DNA of 64,000 nucleotides from Escherichia coli (GTDB lineage Bacteria; Pseudomonadota; Gammaproteobacteria; Enterobacterales; Enterobacteriaceae): NCBI RefSeq assembly GCF_003790525.1, contig NZ_CP033635.1; one strand, 5' to 3'. Shown piece by piece: positions 59,071 to 64,000 of this stretch (position 1 is its first letter; each line of letters starts with the position of its first letter). The notes under the pieces were generated by a model. It saw only the letters and a program-made list of their open reading frames with translations, ran no database searches and was not told where the DNA came from. The position numbers and the translations under genes were made by a program.

Positions 59071-59678
59071 TTTGAGCCTAAAGGGATCTCAGGGTCTGGC
59101 TCATGAGTAATTCTGTTTCGTAAATCTCTGCGAATAATTTCAATGGACCAGAACCAGACTAAATGTCCAAAAATTTCAGAGACATTCTCATACCACGGGA
59201 GATCAAACAGAGGTGGCGTCAGTCCCATGAGAGGGAATGAAATCATATGAACAAAAAGTTGGGCTAAAGCACCTGCCAGTAAGCCCTGCCAAAGTTTAAT
59301 TTTTGGAAATACTTCAGCGACCACACAATAACCGACAGCAAACACTATCGAAAAGATAATGTGCGTAACACCAACCCAGTTAAAGACATGCCCGGCAAAG
59401 GTATAAACAGCCGCATTGGGATCTGTCAGCCCTAGCCAGTCTCGAAGAAAAATATACGGAGGATTGAGAAAATTACGGGAGCAATCAATTTGCCCAGCAG
59501 CCCTGATTAATGATTCCGGGCCACACGCTGCATTAAACATATCCACCGGGCTACGTGGCGGCAATGGAACTTCTGCCCCCCACTTAACAAATGCGGAAAC
59601 AACGCCAGCAATCAGCCCAATGAATGCAGCAAGACCATAACGTCTGCGGTTTGGTGGAGTTTGTTCAAATATATTCAT
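59064..59678 (-). CDS. yagU: DUF1440 inner-membrane protein
   Basis: 204 aa hydrophobic ORF; synteny. Confidence 0.85.
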
Positions 59679-59894
59679 ATCTACCCTGTTTGTTTAATTA
59701 TGTTGTACACCTCTTCAGGAGTATTCATAAAACAAGGCAAATGTAAAGAACTGTATTGTTTTGTATAACCACATGGTTACCTAATCGCCAATTAATATAA
59801 GCTCCATTATTTCTCCATATTTTTATGTTAGAAGTGACAAGGAGAAATGTAATGTTTCTCTCAGAGAATATAAATCATTCCTTTTGCCCACCTT

Positions 59895-59919
59895 AATGGT
59901 GGGCTTTTTTATGCAAAAC
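59895..59919 (+). terminator. Canonical rho-independent terminator
   Basis: GCCCACC-TTAAT-GGTGGGC followed by six T. Confidence 0.6.
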
Positions 59920-60470
59920 CTGAACGTCCTGCGGTATTCCCCTGGCATTATGACTTTCGCGTTTAACCAACAGCCAAACCAGCAAACACGCCACCACAGG
60001 CACAGCAAAATCCATCAGGCTTGCCACACCCCATGCGTGCGGCTCAAAGCTGCCCCGCCATGGCATATTAATCCGCTTGCCATTTTCGAACAGCTGATTG
60101 GTTTAGTCCGGTGTTTTCCTGCTTGCACTTAAAAATGAGCGGATGGGAAACTCTCGAAATGGTTCGTCGACATGCTCACCTTTCAGTCAGGCATTTCACC
60201 GCGCACGCGAGCAAAATCAAAGGCACAAGAGGAGAACGTAGTTTACTTAAATGTGAGATAACTTATTGATTTAAATGGTGCCGATAAGAGGAACATAACA
60301 CACCGCATATTCTCTTTGATAAATATATATATTTTCTTGTTTCATCTTTATAAATGCCCCCTTTTGTGCCCCCACCTTGTTTTTCATGCGACTCGATGAG
60401 ACTTTCATCGAGTCGTTAATCTCATCAAATTCTTCACGTATCGTGGAAACCTTCGCAGATCTCCATCCCC

Positions 60471-60839
60471 TCACAGCCGTGATCGGCTAAGAACAATATT
60501 ACTTACCTCCCTGTAAGAACACCGGCTCATCAGCCCGCACGCTTTCCTAGCTTGAAGAATGTCTGTCGTAGTCAAATATGGTGCTTGTACCTGAGAGGTA
60601 AATCCATTGCGATCGATACGAACTAACTCATATTTCTCTACAAGAAAGTTAACGGCATTAGCCAGAGTGATACCGGCATCGATATGCTCCTTTATAACTG
60701 TTTCATCGCTAAAAGGTGTGTCGCTTAACATTAGGCCATAGTGCTGCTCAAGTAGACGAGTAAGTAACATTTGCCAGACAGACACGGGCGACAGACAGGG
60801 CTTCGCCGCCTGCGGAGTCGTTGCAGGTAGAGTTTTCAT
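60471..60839 (-). CDS. CbtA/YkfI/YeeV-family toxin (type IV TA)
   Basis: 122 aa from MKTLPATTP; family motifs [30 protein letters not shown]; 20 nt after antitoxin gene. Confidence 0.75.
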   Translation of the reverse strand: MKTLPATTPQAAKPCLSPVSVWQMLLTRLLEQHYGLMLSDTPFSDETVIKEHIDAGITLANAVNFLVEKYELVRIDRNGFTSQVQAPYLTTTDILQARKACGLMSRCSYREVSNIVLSRSRL

Positions 60840-60859
60840 GTTTGCTCTCGGGAAATTAG

Positions 60860-61177
60860 TTAGCGTTGAGTGGAGTAGACGACGATGTATACGTAGCCGC
60901 AACTGCCAAGGGTATCGGCTTCGCAGGTGAAACCATCGTGGTACAGGGTGACGCAGTGGGCGTGGCGAGGATTCATTTCACCAGTGGTAAGCATCGATTC
61001 CATCTGGCTGATAAAGTGCGGGAATGTTTCATCCAGCTTCCGGTATTCGGCGTCACTGAATTTACCGGTGATACTGGCCCGGTCAGCCAAATAATGCAGT
61101 TGGTTGCCCTCCTGCACCAGACGTGCTCCCAGGCGCGGTGTGATATCCCGCTGCAGGCCCCATGTGATGTTACTCAT
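60860..61177 (-). CDS. CbeA/YafW/YeeU-family antitoxin
   Basis: 105 aa; family motifs WGLQ, HFISQ, CGYVYI. Confidence 0.75.
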   Translation of the reverse strand: MSNITWGLQRDITPRLGARLVQEGNQLHYLADRASITGKFSDAEYRKLDETFPHFISQMESMLTTGEMNPRHAHCVTLYHDGFTCEADTLGSCGYVYIVVYSTQR

Positions 61178-61196
61178 TGATAAACCTCTTTTATTG

Positions 61197-61418
61197 TCAA
61201 TTCAGGGTAATACTCATCAGGCAGGCATACGGTCCGCTGCGGTCCTGGCGGCGTTCGGCGTATACCACCAGCACGCCGGGAATGTCAGGAACAGCCAGAC
61301 CGGTGTAATGACAGACACTGCCATGCCACTGGTATCTGCCGGTGCAGTATCGAAAAATGCGGGAGGCCGGATGCTGACGGTAAATCGTCATCGCCCGGCG
61401 TTTACTGATAATTCTCAT
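61197..61418 (-). CDS. DUF987 (YeeT/YkfH-like) protein
   Basis: 73 aa from MRIISKRRAMTIYRQHP; conserved position upstream of antitoxin. Confidence 0.7.
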   Translation of the reverse strand: MRIISKRRAMTIYRQHPASRIFRYCTGRYQWHGSVCHYTGLAVPDIPGVLVVYAERRQDRSGPYACLMSITLN

Positions 61419-61426
61419 GTCATACC

Positions 61427-61909
61427 TCAAAGCAGACCGTGTTCAGCGAACGACAATATCTGCGTACCACCGACGATAAGGTGGTCAGGCACACGGATAT
61501 CAACGAGCTGAAGCGCCTGCACCAGACGCTGCGTGATGGTCTTATCTGCCTTGCTGGGCGAGGTGTCTCCGGAGGGATGGTTATGCGCCAGTATCACTGC
61601 TGCCGCATTGAAGTACAGGGCGCGTTTGACCACCTCACGGGGATGTACCTCGGTACTGCTAATAGAACCGGCAAACAGGGTTTCGTGGGCAATCAACTGG
61701 TTCTGCTGGTTCAGATACAGCACCATAAACTCTTCGCGCTCCAGTCCCGCCATTTTCAGTTTCAGCCAGTCGCGGGCAGCCTGAGTGGAGGTGAATGCCA
61801 CGCCTGTTTCGCGCAGGTGTCGGTCAAGCAGCGTTAAGGCGCGTTTTACCGTGCGTTGTGCGGTTAGTGGTAATGCCGGAGCCAGTGGGATAAGTGACTG
61901 TTCCATCAA
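61427..61909 (-). CDS. RadC-like JAB-domain protein
   Basis: 160 aa with JAMM motif HNHPSGDTSPSKAD. Confidence 0.8.
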   Translation of the reverse strand: MMEQSLIPLAPALPLTAQRTVKRALTLLDRHLRETGVAFTSTQAARDWLKLKMAGLEREEFMVLYLNQQNQLIAHETLFAGSISSTEVHPREVVKRALYFNAAAVILAHNHPSGDTSPSKADKTITQRLVQALQLVDIRVPDHLIVGGTQILSFAEHGLL

Positions 61910-61917
61910 AAGTATCC

Positions 61918-62376
61918 TTAATCAATAATGCGCAGAATGGCGCTGGATTCTGGGTGCTGCAGAGAGTAATCCCGCAGCCGGTAATAGTGTTCAGTCATGG
62001 CATCGCATTCGGTGTGACAGGCGTGATGGCTGTATTCAATCAGGCAGACAGCAATACCTGCGGCTTCTGCGCTCATTTCCGCACCATTGCCGTTCATGCC
62101 GTTGAACAGATGCCATTTATCGCCCCCCTCAGCATCAGGGGCCATAAACGCACCGCCATTGCTGAGCGTGTAAAAGGACCAGAGACCACCGCTGTACTCA
62201 TCACAGAAGCGATCCATCCAGGCGAAAATACGGGGTTCCAGCGTTATCCACTGCGTGATAGCACCAAAGTGCAGCGGCCAGAAATCGAGACGCTGCTCGT
62301 CAGGTACTGGTGTTGCAGTGAGGTCAAATTGAGGTTCATTAGCGGACATCAATTCGCATTGCGTTTGTGTCGTCAT
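61918..62376 (-). CDS. KlcA/ArdB-like antirestriction protein
   Basis: 152 aa; resembles YfjX/KlcA family; conserved module order. Confidence 0.65.
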   Translation of the reverse strand: MTTQTQCELMSANEPQFDLTATPVPDEQRLDFWPLHFGAITQWITLEPRIFAWMDRFCDEYSGGLWSFYTLSNGGAFMAPDAEGGDKWHLFNGMNGNGAEMSAEAAGIAVCLIEYSHHACHTECDAMTEHYYRLRDYSLQHPESSAILRIID

Positions 62377-62461
62377 GGATATTCTCCGTCAATAAAAACG
62401 CCAGCGACGATGGCTGGCGTATGGGAAATAAAGGACATGCAGGGATGATGGATGGGTGTAA

Positions 62462-62698
62462 TCAGGAGGAGGATGCTCTGAGGATGCCGTACTGTCGGAT
62501 ATAACGGTTATGTCCTTCACCTGCATCAGGTTCAAAGCACCAGGCCCGCCAGACCATTCAACCTTCAGAGTCTCGAACCACCAGGCGGAAGTGGCTGCGC
62601 TGGTCATCTTCAATAGCGATATTTTTATACCGTCTGGTAACCGCTTCAGCCTGCTGTCGGGTGAACGGTCCCGGTGGCAACATATGAGATTCAGACAT
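62462..62698 (-). pseudogene. DUF905 (YkfF-like) gene interrupted by an in-frame TGA at codon 47
   Basis: Reads [20 protein letters not shown]...[38 protein letters not shown]; total span 79 codons equals intact family length. Confidence 0.5.
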
Positions 62699-62908
62699 TC
62701 GGTGTACCTTAAAAGCACAAGCCCCTGACGCAGACGCGTCAGGGGCTTTGGGAGTATGCAGGTGTCGGGTGATTGTCAGTAACCGGTTTGTACCTTATAC
62801 AGCCGTAGGGTTTTACTGCCCCGGACAATTTTCACATACAGGGCATTATCTTTCGTGCCTCGCACAAAACCGGCCTGCACATCGCCCTTACAGTCACCAC
62901 TGTAGTGG

Positions 62909-64000
<1,092 letters not shown>

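Noticed and set aside
59884..60132. 82-aa plus-strand ORF at the island junction
   Set aside because: Begins inside the terminator hairpin, has no ribosome-binding site, and overlaps the more plausible minus-strand 57-codon ORF.
62389..62718. 109-aa minus-strand ORF
   Set aside because: It is a shifted frame across the DUF905 locus; the DUF905 frame (with its internal TGA) explains the region better.

Overview
This window is an Escherichia coli chromosomal segment, reverse-complemented relative to K-12 numbering, running prpEDCB / prpR - yahONMLK - (IS1) - yahJIGFEDCB - pdeL(yahA) - betT/betIBA - ykgGFE - rclR/rclABC - AKR/ykgA - eaeH(fdeC) - accessory AKR/LysR/hydrolase/OYE block - ykgR/ykgM/ykgO - ecpRABCDE - ykgJ - yagU, then an abrupt junction into a prophage-like island (CbtA/CbeA toxin-antitoxin, DUF987, RadC-like, KlcA-like antirestriction, DUF905) ending in a partial IS3-family element. 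Gene calls rest on my recognition of the translated ORFs and on ORF lengths matching the K-12 proteins as I recall them; nothing was searched against a database. It is not K-12 itself: eaeH is intact at 1417 aa, an IS1 sits between yahJ and yahK with a target-site duplication, an extra detox-like gene block lies between eaeH and ykgM, and the island abuts yagU where K-12 has paoABCD. The most interesting unresolved biology is the yahDEFG-yahIJ cluster, a paralogue of the fdrA-ylbE-ylbF-carbamate kinase module with a Tat-signal amidohydrolase and no known substrate. Regulatory signals read directly from the sequence include a consensus sigma54 promoter for prpBCDE with upstream GTTTCA repeats, a perfect 18-bp Zur-box palindrome before ykgM, and several intrinsic-terminator hairpins. 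No rRNA, tRNA or CRISPR array was seen.
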